Shown here one piece after another: positions 12,841 through 26,268 of a DNA stretch of 64,000 bases. The notes beneath the pieces are model-generated. The model saw only the letters and a program-made list of their open reading frames with translations, did not search any database and was not told the DNA's origin. The stretch's first letter is position 1, and each line of letters starts with the position of its first letter. Origin of the DNA: Octopus vulgaris (taxonomy: Eukaryota); assembly GCA_951406725.2 (NCBI GenBank), contig OX597825.1:60512001-60576000 (forward strand), given 5' to 3'. The position numbers and the translations under genes were made by a program.

Positions 12841-13224
12841 TACAACTGATAAAAAAACATCTTAGATGATATTTACGTAAAAACTTAGGATAGAATTGTT
12901 TCCTAATAGCTATCACCATCAGATTGTAACTCTCGACAGCTTACAGAATAGTGAAAATTCGACAACTATTGAATTAAAACTGTGACCATCAGATCTAACG
13001 ACAGATCTAGATGTCAGTTATCTCACCCATACTTCTTATCTGTAACATATTTAACTATTTGATTCTCTAAATGTTCATTTAGAAGCTATTTGGTCTGCTT
13101 AATCGCATATATATCTTACGTGATTAAACCTACCTTAACAAAGGATTGAAATGGTAAAAATTATTATCATAGAATCCCTATTTATGGATACACGCTACCC
13201 TTGTTCTTTCAAAAAAATATTGAT

Positions 13225-13415
13225 TACTAATATAAGCACAAGGCATCAAATTTGAAAATGGTTATATTGATTATATCGACCAAAATTCTTCACTAGTAAT
13301 TGATTTTATCGACTCAAGAAAGGTGGAAGTCAGTGATGACCAAGACTGAAATTCGATGTGACCTCAGAACATAAATAAATGTAACTAAATACTGCAAGCA
13401 ATTTTGTCCGTTTCT
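13225..13415 (-). mobile_element. Diverged SINE family C copy
   Basis: gcacaaggc..attgattatatcgacc..ttttatcgactc..ctcagaac matches 8925-9365. Confidence 0.55.
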
Positions 13416-15859
13416 TTCAAACTAATATTAATTTCCTGTTAACTTTGCACAAAGAATCTGTATTTTAGAGTGAGGGGAAATGGAATGACTATGGATACTA
13501 TCACTGATTGCCCTAGGTCAGCCACAGTTTGGCAGACGTTCTATCAAAGGCGCGAAAGCCGTGATCCTTCTGCATTTCATTATCAGATATATTTTATTTT
13601 TTACTACTTTGTTCAACGAGTCTTTCTTTCTTTAAAACTTTAAATTTATGCTCTCAATGAGATATATTTTACCGTTGACTTTTTGCATTTCAGTCGATTA
13701 TTTACATGTTTCTATTGTGTTATACAGATAATGAATTATTTTCGGATTCAAACGAAAATTTCTACTCTACAGTTTCGTGGGAGCTTCTCCGTTAATCTTC
13801 AATATATGGCTTTAATAACGAATACTAACTGACTATTAAAACATAATCTGCAAACTTGGAAAATGGTCCTAATTCCATCGGCAGATATATCACTTTCTCT
13901 TTATTTTCTCTCGAATATTACTTCCACTGTTTGCCTCACCTGAGGTCTACTAAACTAACTAGACCTATACTAAATACCGTTGCAGGTGTGACAATTATTT
14001 TTTTATACCGGGTATTGATATCATTTTTACTTATGAGCAATTGTATTCTTTGTTATAGACGGTATGATTTGAGAAGCAATTGCGAGTAGGGCAATAAATA
14101 AACAAGCATACAGGCAGCATTTCTGGCTGAGAAATCTTTCAGTAATATTAGGGACGTCCAGTTAAAAACATCTGTGTGCAAAAACATATTTTCTGTAACA
14201 GTGATATATAATGTATAATCATTTTATCATTAGGAAGTAATGGAAATGATGGACTATTGGATATAGATAAGATGAAAAATTCAATTAATATTCGAATCCC
14301 GGACAGATTAGGTGTGACGTTTACTGTGAAAACCAAAACTAAGAATCATGTTCATTTTAAATTATTAATCTTTTGGCATAATCGTTGGTATAATTTTTTG
14401 AATTCGAATTATTTTTAAGTGATTTATATTTTCACTGAATAATTAAATATGTACGGACGACTTCTTGTCTCTTGATACCAAGCAACCTAGAACCGCACAT
14501 GGTTCCATGAAAAAGAACCCCGAAGCTGGAGGTATCGAACAAAATTTTATGATAATTTATATTCCAAACACCTATTTGATAATATCACAGTTATTTAACA
14601 GAAGTAATAATTTCAAAATTAATCGAAAGAAAGGCAGTGAACTGCAACAAAGATAAGGTAATAGAAAGCTAGGCTGAAATTCACAAATTTCGGGAGAATA
14701 GATCTAGTGATTTCCTCAACACAAATACATGACTGGTATTCCTTTATCTACTGCAGAGAATGCCATGGTAAGATATGAACATAGAACATAAAAGAAGAAA
14801 TTTCACACGGCTTTCTTGGGAATTTTTCCAATCAATTCATTGCTATCCATACTGTAATTGATTTTTATTATTTGGCAGTGGGCCACAAACTTTCAGCTCT
14901 CGTTTCCGATAAAGTAAATAAATTTTAATAAAATGAAATCTAATCAAAATGATTAAACCTATGTTGTCGAAATATACCAATGCATAGAACTGACGGCGGA
15001 ACGCTTATGCAGCCAATCAGTCCGATATAAACCGTAAACATCGCTTCGGGCCAATTGTATGATTGCTAAAAGACTCAAAACTTATGTCTGAATATCTTCG
15101 CCCAGAGATCTGCTCGATCAGGGCTTGCTTGGAGTTAAATGTAAATATCAGTATCTATTCCTGAGCGTACAAATCTCGCAAGCAACAACTGAACGCTCGC
15201 AAGCAACAATTGAAGTGATTATTACGCGAAGAATTGTCAATTACAATGCATGACAGATAACTGGAATGCCATTATAAATCATTGCCAATGTCATTAAAAC
15301 CTCGTCTTTTAACGGTATACAGATTCCCTGTGATTGTCTTGGAAGAATAAGTTATTCACAGTTTTTCTGACACTCATGGTACCCTGTTAATATGTGAAAT
15401 AGGATGAAAATGGAAATCATTTAACATTAAAATTAATTACTACGTCAGCCGTTTCTACACAAGAAATGCTTTTAAAATGATTTACTCAGACGTGATGTTA
15501 TAAAGTCGTATCTGTGTTACGAGCCATATGTGTATCCGTGTTATAGAGTGTATATGATATACTTGCTTGTGTGTGTGTATGTGTGTGTATGTGTGCGTGT
15601 GTGTGTGTGTGTATTTCTATGTGGTAGGCTATATCTACGCCACTTGGAAAATGTAGCGTAGATTGTCTTAGGGTATATATTTTTCTGTTGAATACATATT
15701 CCCTATATGTCCACGCACAAAATTTTGCATGGACATACAAAAGGACACACATACGTATATATAAACTTCTAAACATAAATACGTACACTTTCGTATACAC
15801 ACTCATTTTAATAATTTATACATACATACATACATGGATCTGTTTCTCTTTCTCTCTTT

Positions 15860-15897
<38 letters not shown>

Positions 15898-16144
15898 AAA
15901 GAGAGAAAGAGAAACAGAGAGAAAGAAAGACAGAGAGAGGGGAGAGAGAGAGCTTAAGAAGTGCCACTCTGATGTCTAAAACCACAAATACTACGTAAAT
16001 TTTCACTTCGAAAACTTGCGTAAACTGGCTTTGAAAAGCAGAGTTGGTATAGAAACAATTGTAACTGATCATTAAAGATGTGTTAAAGTGCTTCTTTGTG
16101 TTATTATTTGGAATGTGTGTGTGTGTGTATATATACATATATAC

Positions 16145-16270
<126 letters not shown>

Positions 16271-17239
16271 ATATATATATATACAGTAAAAGAATATATA
16301 TACATGCATAAATATATATGCATGTATGCAGTATGTAAATGCCTACACCAACGCACAAGTCTGTGTGATTATAGATGGAAAGAAATATATAATTATTAGA
16401 CAGTCTCTTTCAGATCTGCCAATATGCAGCAATATGCTTCTATCCAATTTGTACGTCTATTTCTTAGTCTCTTGAATATCTTCAGTCATTCTGCACTATG
16501 CCATTAACTTTGTTATAAATATGCAAATAAGTTTCTGTCTGGGTGCTCAACATTATTGCCTGCAATCATATAGCTTGTTTCTATGTAAAATGAAAGCCAC
16601 GCTTCACATTCGCTTGCAATTTCTTAGATCGGCGAATTTCTCAATTAATTCTATTAAAACATAGCTTGGTCTATGGAAATAAGTCTATTATGAAAAGATT
16701 ATGCTTCTCGAATTTCTATCGGCTTAGCTTGTATATTGCTTGACTTCATGAATGTCGTAAATATACAATATTCTACATAATAATTTAAATTCCAATCCCA
16801 AGCATATCTAGAGAGTAATTTAATATTTTTTACGTGATCATTTTAATTATATACTGACAGAGGTTCGGGGTGGGCATAATCAGTGGTATGCCTAAGAATA
16901 TTTTATTGCGCGTTTTTTTTATTAAATTCTCAGCTCTACTCCCGTAGATGCAAAACTACCTCTTATTATTCTGATGATATTTCGTATTGTTTGGTCAAAG
17001 GTTAGACGTGATTGGAAGACACACAGCCGCACACATAAACATAGAAATATACATGTGTGCGTGCGCATACACACACAGACGCATAGAAATGCACACACAC
17101 ATACACGCACGTTCGTGCACACTTGCATTCAAAGACATATATGTTTGCATAAGTTAGGAAAATGTGGCACTTGGATATTACGAAACAGAGAACTACTGTA
17201 TATCATTTATACAGTAATAATTTAATTTCATAATAACCA

Positions 17240-18815
17240 ATACATGATAGCGAAAGGTTTCGTATTAAAGAACCTTTCCAGTATGGAAAGTTTGTCTCAA
17301 TATGTTTCTCCAAGACCTCTGCCGAACAAATGGTGTGAAAAGTGATTAACAGACAGGAGGAAAGAAAGGAGTCTGGGACTGTGTTGAACAGCCCCTCCTC
17401 AAAACAGCTGTCCCTAAAGATGCCAAACCACATCGCTGTAATCTCTTAACGATATGGTTATACTATAAGAAGGCGTTCGACTCTGTGTGTTACTCATAGG
17501 TGTTAGAAATCTCTATGACTTGCCAAAGTAGCAACCGTTATAATGAATATCATTTAAAGACTATGATTCACTTATCCCTGACAACTACTAAAACAGCACC
17601 TATGGTTACAAGCATAATTAAGGTATATTCCGGGGTGATAGTCTTTATGTAATGTTCTTTGTACTGGCAATGAACCCTTGCCAGCCCTTTCTAAAAAATT
17701 CCAAGATATATACAAAAGACTATTCTAAGTTATATAGAAAAGTATAAAATAAACGTCACCCACACATTTTTTGTTGATGACCTAAAATAATACTCTGGTA
17801 ACATGATCAACATCAAGGAACATTTACTAGTCACGACGTTCTCATGAGATATAGACATGGAGAGAATTTGGGTAAGATAAATACTCATACATGATAGTCA
17901 ACCGAAGAAAGATTGTCGACCAAACAGAGAATATGTATATCTCCCCTATCCCTAATGATGAAATATACAGGTATCTCGGAATCGATAAAATTATTGCATA
18001 CTTTGTTACTGTGACAAAAACCAGAATAACAAAATTAGTACTTCTGTAGACTCTGGAAATATAGCACTCAGAGCTGTATGCATTTAACAAGATCATATTT
18101 CACAATGCTTTTGCAGTGCCTGACCTAGTACCAACAGTTGGAATATTGGACTGGACACTTGACGAGATCTGCTACCTGGACATCAAAACTAGAAAGGTGC
18201 TTTCACATTAACAGCGACGCCGATAGGATCTATGTGAGATGAAGTGGAAGAGTTATGAAGTCAGTACAAACGGCCTTTGAATGTAGCATTGTATCATGCT
18301 GACAACACCTGCTGAAGAGTAAAAATAAAAGAATTAGTACATTCCATACAAACGCAAAAGTGAAAACAACAACAACTTCAGAGCGAGTGAAGAACTACTA
18401 TGCTTGTACAGTGAGAATACAATTACCACATACAACGCAAAGGAGGCTGGACTAGCCTACCTAAAGAAAAGCAGGTTTCATACTAGTAATGCCTGGGTAC
18501 ATATTTCGTAAGCTAGACGATAACAACAGCATTGTCAGGAAGAATAACCTCTTCTGGACCTGTGATGGATTCATTTCACCCACCAACACAGATATGCCTT
18601 CGCTATTCGGGAACAGGAAATAGCTGCTAAATACTTGATAAACAAGAGGGACAAAGAGGCCACTAAACCTCCATGCTGCGATAGTAAATATCGAACCAGC
18701 TATACAAGTTGTGAAAGATATCACCCGCATCATGAGCAACTGCCCCAAAATCCCTACAAGATACTACCTATCCCTTAGGCATCATGTTGTTGCAAAGACT
18801 ATTTACAATGCTAAG
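17240..18815 (+). mobile_element. Degenerate R4/Dong-like (RLE-type) non-LTR retrotransposon: RT plus CCHC knuckle
   Basis: Fragments across frames: NLLTIWLYYKKAFDSV (~17440-17490), GIFRGDSLYVMFFVLAMNP (~17623-17680), VTHTFFVDDLK (~17755-17787), AIREQEIAAKY (~18602), and DITRIMSNCP..Y..RHHVVAKTIY (~18717-18806). Confidence 0.85.
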
Positions 18816-18974
18816 AGTGCTTCTGCCGACATGTTATTAATTAAACCTCCAGGTTCAATAAAAAATATATTAGTAATGAGGTATTAGGTTTGATGGCATC
18901 AACTAATCACTACCCCTCTAAATTGCTGCTTTTGTACTAAAACCTGGAAACAATATTTAAAAAAGAAGTAAACT

Positions 18975-19180
18975 TGGCAATTTGGTTGAATCGTCAGAGA
19001 GTTACCTGGTTATACATGTTCTGGTCATTACGGTTTAAGTACGAATTCCACCTGGGTCAGTATTGCTTCTCCTTATACCGGAATCAACGAAATAATGTAT
19101 TAGCTAATTATGCGAAACGATGGCATCAAATAATATCTCCCCTTAAAACGATCGGCCTTGTGTCTAAATGAGAAACTGTT
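18975..19180 (+). mobile_element. Highly diverged SINE family C copy
   Basis: ggcaatttggttgaatcg head and a ccttaaaacgatcggccttgtgtctaaat tail that is the reverse complement of the family C ends. Confidence 0.45.
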
Positions 19181-19591
19181 ATGCAAAATGAAATGCAGAA
19201 AAAATTGCACCTGGGAAGAAAAAAGAAATCAATCATAATTTTTTTTAAATGACATCCTGACTGTAAGCTGAAAATGATATACTGACTGTAAGCTACGCAT
19301 TTATATTTTAATGTAAGTATATTCAGTGTGTTGTAAAAACGTGTCCATACATTAAATCTAGATAAAAAATCTTGCTGCGTCAGATATTAGAAAATAATAA
19401 TTTTATTTAGCGAAGTTACTGAGTAAATTGTACGCGAATCTTTGAGTCATATTTATGATTAATGAAATCTTTTCAAAGATATAATGCTGTCTCGGTGTAA
19501 TTGTTATCATGAGTGTCCATGCAGAAATTGTTCAGTTTCCCTCTTCGAAATTGTATTATTTACACACGAATACCGATTACCATTTTCCTGA

Positions 19592-19648
<57 letters not shown>

Positions 19649-19671
19649 TTAAGTATATGTACGTATACACC

Positions 19672-19719
<48 letters not shown>

Positions 19720-19736
19720 TATGTATACGTATACAT

Positions 19737-19771
<35 letters not shown>

Positions 19772-20973
19772 AATGTATAGTCACACTCACACACACACAC
19801 ACGTATGCATATATATATACTTAAATATATGTATTCATTTTCATGTATGTGCATGTGTCAGTATATCGGCCTGTTTATTCGTATATATGTATATGTAAAT
19901 ATGTGTGTGTATATGTTTGTGTGCGTGTCTATGTGAGTGTGCCTGTATATGTGCGTGTCTGTGTTTGTGTGCATGTGTGTGCGTACGTATGTCTCTAATT
20001 ATATATATAGAGAGAGGGCGATAGAGTTAGGGAGAGAGAAGGAGACATACTATTTATGGGTTTACAAAATATGTTTCTAGGTGTATCAGTGTTTGGTGCA
20101 TGCCACGTCGGCTGTTTCGAACCATTATGCGTGCTGCAATTAGAGAAAATTTATGGAGTGACCATAGTAAGTGTCTGTAAGTTTTTAACTTGATAGCTGT
20201 AACAATATGTCTTCATCAAACACGATGAAGACTGTTCTATGACAATTATTTTTGCTATTCAATTTACGAAATCTTATCGAGTTTCCCCAATGTTTCGTTT
20301 AGAACCGAACTACATTATTGAATGTAAAACTGGAGATTTAACACGAGATTAAATAAGATATTAATAACACACTTCAGTTTTATGTAAGCACTTACGTTAC
20401 GTAACTAAATAGATTACACTTTACATTACTGCAGGTCTTTCATATTCTTCATGATATAATGGTATACTTTCTTATTTTGATGTAGTCTTTGAAGATATAA
20501 GAGAATGGTTCATATTTTTACATACTAATACTACTTTATAGTTTTGCTTGAATATATTTCTGTTAGATATATTAGTGAAAAGAACTGAAATAACATAGAA
20601 TATGCACTATCCATCTCTGCAAGTTTCCTTCGAAATAACCCAATACATATTGCAAATTTCCTCCTCCACATCTTGTCGCTAAGGGGCATAAAACGGACAT
20701 TTACGAAGTTTAATCATGAAGTTCTAAGATTTCATATATATTGCATAAATAATGTAAACATATCAGTGTTGCATGCTGTTTTCTTCGAATTAATCCTCCT
20801 CAGATCCATGCTGCCAAATGATTTGACGGCTTCTATTCCCAAACAAACGTAACTACCTATTGGGCCCATCTGACCATTTTCCGTAACAAGTATTTAAACA
20901 TCTATATATCTCATACCCTTCTCCGTCTCCCTATCTACCTCAGATTATGTTCTTATGTACTTATATATATAGT

Positions 20974-21320
20974 GGAGTCTCAATGGTAATGGTCTCGCGG
21001 TCGTAGCATGGCGGTTTCGATTCCCAGACCGGGAGTTGTGAGTGTTTATTAAGCGAAAACACCTAGAGCTTCACAAGGCTACGGCAGGGGTAGTGGTGAA
21101 CTGTGCTGTACTCTTTCACCACAACTTCCTCTTACTGTTTCTTCATGTTTCTGTTGTACCTGTATTTCAAAGGGCCAGCCTAGACACACTCCCCGAGAAC
21201 TACGTTAAGAGTACACGTGTCTGTGGAGTGCTCAGCCACTTGCACGTTAATTTCACGAGCAGACTGTTCCGTTGATCGGATCAACTGGAACCCTCGTCGT
21301 CGTAACCGACGGAGTGCAAC
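20974..21320 (+). mobile_element. tRNA-derived SINE (family D)
   Basis: ggtttcgattcccagaccggg B-box region. The body gctgtactctttcaccacaac is shared with the minus copy at 62637-62929; it has a distinct tail ggaaccctcgtcgtcgtaaccgacggagtgc. Confidence 0.7.
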
Positions 21321-21343
21321 ACACTCACATATGTATGTGTGTG

Positions 21344-21382
<39 letters not shown>

Positions 21383-21442
21383 TATATTTGTGCGCGCATA
21401 TATATATATATATATATATGTATATGTATATATATATATGTA

Positions 21443-21512
<70 letters not shown>

Positions 21513-22574
21513 AATGTATGTATAGATATATATGTCGTTGTCTATGGATATTTACATAAAGTTATGGGGACACGCAACAGTGTTTTCCTGTTTTCGCGAA
21601 ATGCAAACAATTATGGACTTACCTACTAAATGTCATCTAAGACTTTCATTTCTATTCCATCATTTCACAATATAAGAAACATTAATGTTGTGAAATAAAT
21701 GGTTAGCCGCATAATAATATAGAATCCTATTTTCTGTTACTGTGATTGCTAGAATGATTTTTAAAGAGCTATCACAAATAAGTATCCTTTCACGTCGTTC
21801 TTTATAGGCTACGGCGAAAGAATACATGCCGTTCTCTGCATCAGAAAATTGTAGCTCTTCGATTATGCATGGTTCTCTGTACACACTTGAACCATTTTGG
21901 ATTGAAATCTCCCAGTCTTGAAGCTTTACTGTTGATTGTACAAACTGCATCATTGAAAATATACCTGCATTTAAGCAAGCATTTATATATTATTTCTTTT
22001 TATTTGAAGGCTGTCTTTACATCATTTTTCCTTATTTTCTTGCTTATACAGAATTTTACGAAATGTCACCTCCCTCTGCTCACATACACTCTCGGCAGCT
22101 GTGTTTTATCATAATTATTTTTCTTACAACCCCTTTTTCATAAAAAAAATCACCTGTCACATCTGACCTTTCTGAGTATTGAAGATATTTATCTAAACTT
22201 ATTCAACCAATCTGTATCTGACACTTTATTGCAAGTGCGAAGTCACTGAATTTCTATAAATATTCTTCACAGAGCGACGTACAAAAGCTTATGCCAAACT
22301 ATTACATGAATATAGCCAATTGTATTCTACACTTCATATCAAGAATTTTGGTGATGTACACTCGTAGACACAAACGCATGAATGTACACGTACAATAAAC
22401 ATCTTATTGGTCCACGCAGATCTCATGCTTACGTGTAGTAACTTCACCAGAGAAGCCGAGACTTTATCTGAATTGAGGCAAGAGAGAACCCTATCACGTA
22501 AGATAAGAATTAAGGCGGATGATTAGTTTTACTAGCGTGCATATAGTAAAGTTTTTAGTCACAGGAATTTAGGC

Positions 22575-22696
<122 letters not shown>

Positions 22697-22799
22697 TAAT
22701 CTATCTATCTATCTGGAAGGTATATCAGCCGAAACGTTGTGTTAACAACAAACAAGATGACGACAAATATCCACCAAATGCAAATAATGTAAGTAATGT

Positions 22800-23580
22800 A
22801 AAATGAAAATAACACTGACATCTCATTATAATAGATATACTTACCAAAATTACATAAAAATATCTTGAAATGCTAAAGTGAAACTTTATTTAATAAAATC
22901 GCGATTGGCTTCAACCACATCTTTCAGACGACTTCGGAATCTCTTCTGGGTGGTCTCCTTGCTTAAGCTAGTGAATGATGCCATAATCCTTGCCTTCACT
23001 TCATCTGTAGTGTTACAAGGAATTTTGTTGGTCTCTCGCTCATCTGCGCCCCACGCATGATAATCAAGAGGGTTGCAATTTGGAGAGTTAGGTGGCCAGA
23101 TTTTAGGGGTGATGTCGTCGCAGAAATTGTCTGACAGCCATGACCTGGTTTTCCTCCTTGCGTGGCATGGTGCAGTGTGCTGTTGATAGACATAGGGTCT
23201 TCCAGCAGCCACCCATTGACCCAAGGCAGCACTACCTCCTCCAAGGCCGTATGGGAAGATGAATGGAGACATAATGTCGCCGTTTCTAGTGATCATTCCA
23301 AATACCATGATGTTGACTAGATGTTTAATTTTTATCACTATCGGTACATGTTTTGAGTACACGGCAAACATTCAGATTGACACCCAGACACTCTGAAATG
23401 TTCGTATTGGTGCTTCCGACGTAAATGTCAAATAGCAAAGCATGTCGTTTCCAAATTTCTGGCAGAGTGAATTGTGTCATGGTGCTTTTTTTCACACAAA
23501 CCGTGCCCAACTGCCCGTATAATGCTGTGTAGTCAACAAAATCACAAACAAACAATGCGCATGTACGAAATTAGAAATAT
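22800..23580 (-). mobile_element. Tc1/mariner transposase relic, DD37D (maT)-like
   Basis: ORF 22886-23371: VMVFG..T..G, VYQQHTAPCH (QQD.AP.H) and WPPNSPNCNPLDYHAWG; internally deleted. Confidence 0.88.
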
Positions 23581-24626
23581 GTTATCCTTGCACTGAGTTC
23601 TGTAGAGACAAAAACAAGTGGCAATCGGATGGAGCAATATCAGGAGAATATGGTGGATGGGACAGGAAAACCCATTTAAATTCATGTAAATTTTTTCGGG
23701 TTGCCAAATATACATGTGGTTGGGCACTATCTTGTTGGAACACTGCCCTTTTCCTGTTGGCAATCTCCATTCCCAATTCTTCGCTTTTTTTGTCATATTA
23801 GCCAGCTGACGACATCAGAATAAATGGTCTGGTTTGGTGAGAGAAGCTAATAATAAATAATGCCTTTATAATCCATTCAAACACAAAGCATTACTTTTTT
23901 GGCATGGATATTCGTCTATAGTTGCTGTTTTGGAGGATCCTTACGCAAACTCCAGGATCTTTCTCCCACTACGTTTTTATACACAATCTACTTTTCATCT
24001 CTACTCACGAGTTGTTTCAAAAAAGGCATGCTTTCATTCCGTTTCAAAAGCATTTCACAAACGGAATACCGGTCCAAGCAATTCCTTTCTCAGAATTTAT
24101 GATCGACCCATACCTTATAGTAAGAAATATATCCTAGCTTTACTAGGTGTTCTTGAGCTGTTGTACTTTTAGAAACTCTCACATCCTCTGCGAGTTCTCT
24201 AGTCGTGATACTTGAGTTTTCTTCGATATTTGCCTTCAAAACATCTTCATCCACTTTTGAAGGTCTTCAACTGTGACTGTCATCTTCCAAGCAAAATTCA
24301 TCAGCTTTAAATTTTGCAAACTACTTTCGAACAAATGATTCACCTACAGCAACATCACCATAAGCTTCACAAATATTTTTGCAAGTCTTTGCAGCATTTT
24401 CTCGTTTTAAAAAAACAAAAGAGACAAACGTTACAATGCGAATATGAAATTTTTGGTTATCCATTTCAAATGTCGATAATGGGTAACCGGAATGAAAGAT
24501 AAATCTATTTTTAGTCAGGAATAAAGAAGAGATGAACTACCACTTCAAGCAGCGCCAAAGTTTCAGGTGTGTTCCATGAAGTGTTTAAAGATTTAGCTTT
24601 AAAACGCTCGTAACTTACCGGACAAC

Positions 24627-24630
<4 letters not shown>
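23581..24630 (-). mobile_element. Mariner (DD34D) relic, 3'-truncated
   Basis: TIR ttaggttgtccggtaagtt plus TA at 24630. N-terminus MDNQKFHIR..ENAAKTCKNICEAYGDVAV..FAKFK; catalytic FQQDSAQPH and HPPYSPDIAPSDCHLFLSLQN. Confidence 0.9.
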
Positions 24631-24701
<71 letters not shown>

Positions 24702-24814
24702 ATATAATTTACAAGATAAGGGCAGAAGATTATGTATAATATTTATACCTTTAAATGGCATTTTTATATATATATATTGATAAATATTTTTATAAAAAAA
24801 ATTTATCCTATATC

Positions 24815-24890
<76 letters not shown>

Positions 24891-24901
24891 AAAAATAAAT
24901 A

Positions 24902-25407
24902 AGAATGGATCAATATTTCGGTACAATTGTTTCGTACGAAGACAGCTTTATTAAGGCTGCAAATATTGCAGTAAATATAAGTGACCCGTACTCATCAGCC
25001 GAAAAAAACATCTGGGTTCTCCAAACATCTAAGGGGGTGGTGTTACACTCCTGAAACATCAGGGATAGTTCTATAAAAATAAGATTTAGGTAACAAACGG
25101 ACTTCTAAAAGTTCTTTTAGTGTTGCACAGTCATATAACGGGTTTTAAAAAAATATTTTTTAAAACCTCTTAGTTTCCCAGAAAATGAAAATGAAAATGA
25201 GAATGTAAATCCATCCATATTGAAGTAAGTTTGATTTCTGGAGATATGAGGAGAGGTATCATACTCACAGAAGATGCCTTTATTAGATGTTTGGAGAACC
25301 CAGATGTTTTTTCGGCTGATGAGTACGGGTCACTTACATTTACTGGAATATTTGCAGCCTTAATAAAGCTGTCTGCATACAATTGTACAAAATATTGATC
25401 CTATTCT
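24902..25407. repeat. Fold-back unit with ~125-bp inverted arms, each carrying an HHR (putative inverted PLE pseudo-LTRs)
   Basis: 24902-25032 is the reverse complement of 25283-25407; abuts (TA)n on the left. Confidence 0.85.
24916..25004 (-). ncRNA. Type I hammerhead ribozyme motif with fully canonical core
   Basis: Minus strand: tttcgg-CTGATGA-gtacg...cgtac-GAAA-caattg-TA-ccgaaa. 6-bp stem I, 5-bp stem II, palindromic helix III ACAATTGT, GUA cleavage triplet. Confidence 0.85.
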
Positions 25408-25619
25408 ACATGTTGATTTTTATGCTTATTTATAATCACCCCGCATTATCTTATGGTTAACAACATATAGAATTCTGGGATCTAACAAAAATTTAACGTG
25501 AATTACAACAGAACTCACAAGAAAAATCCAATTTTTTACTATAAAACAAGTATAGGACAAGCTACATAACTGAAAAATTTTCCACAGATCAACTGTCGTC
25601 TTAACTCAGGGTTTTCGTC

Positions 25620-25870
25620 GTGTGTCTGTGTTTGCCATAAATAGCCGGAAATTGAAAGAAGCTCGTCATGTGTCTGTGTTTTCCCTCCACCACTTGACAA
25701 CGGTATTCGTGTGTTTAAGACCCCGTAAACTAGCATCTCGAGCAAAATATGGAACGATTATAAATAGTAGGCTTAAAAAGAGTGCTGGGGTAGATGCATT
25801 AAACTAAAAATCGTTCATGCGAGTGCCTCAGCTTGGCTGCAGTCTAATGACAGAAAATTGTAAAAGAAAA
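25620..25870 (+). mobile_element. Diverged SINE family A copy (partial)
   Basis: ggaaattgaaagaagctcgtc..cttgacaacggt..ggctgcagtctaatgacagaaa. Confidence 0.6.
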
Positions 25871-25960
25871 GGAGATACATACAGAAAGAATACACATACA
25901 TACACAAACAAACAAAATATTTAATATATACATATATACATACACATTCAAACACACGAA

Positions 25961-26268
25961 CACGAATTGAAAGCATGACAGATCTCGATTACTGGGACCG
26001 CCTTAAAACCTTGAAACTCTACTCTCCCCAACGCCTTCGCGAGCGGTACATCATTGCCCAAACGACCTGAACATTAGTTTCAAGCTTCATCCAAGGCTGG
26101 GACCACGGGCCATACGTCCCCTGCCCAATTCAGGATCACAACATATTGGTACACTGCGACATAATTTCTTTTCCTCAACAGGCCCTGCCCTGTTTAACAT
26201 TGTCCCAAAACTGATTAAAGAGGGAAAGGATCCCATCACCTTTAAACGGAGTCTGGACAGATTTCTTG
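25961..26268 (+). mobile_element. CR1/L2-group LINE ORF2 C-terminal fragment
   Basis: IESMTDLDYWDRLKTLKLYSPQRLRERYII...GPALFNIVPKLIK...TFKRSLDRFL. Confidence 0.8.
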
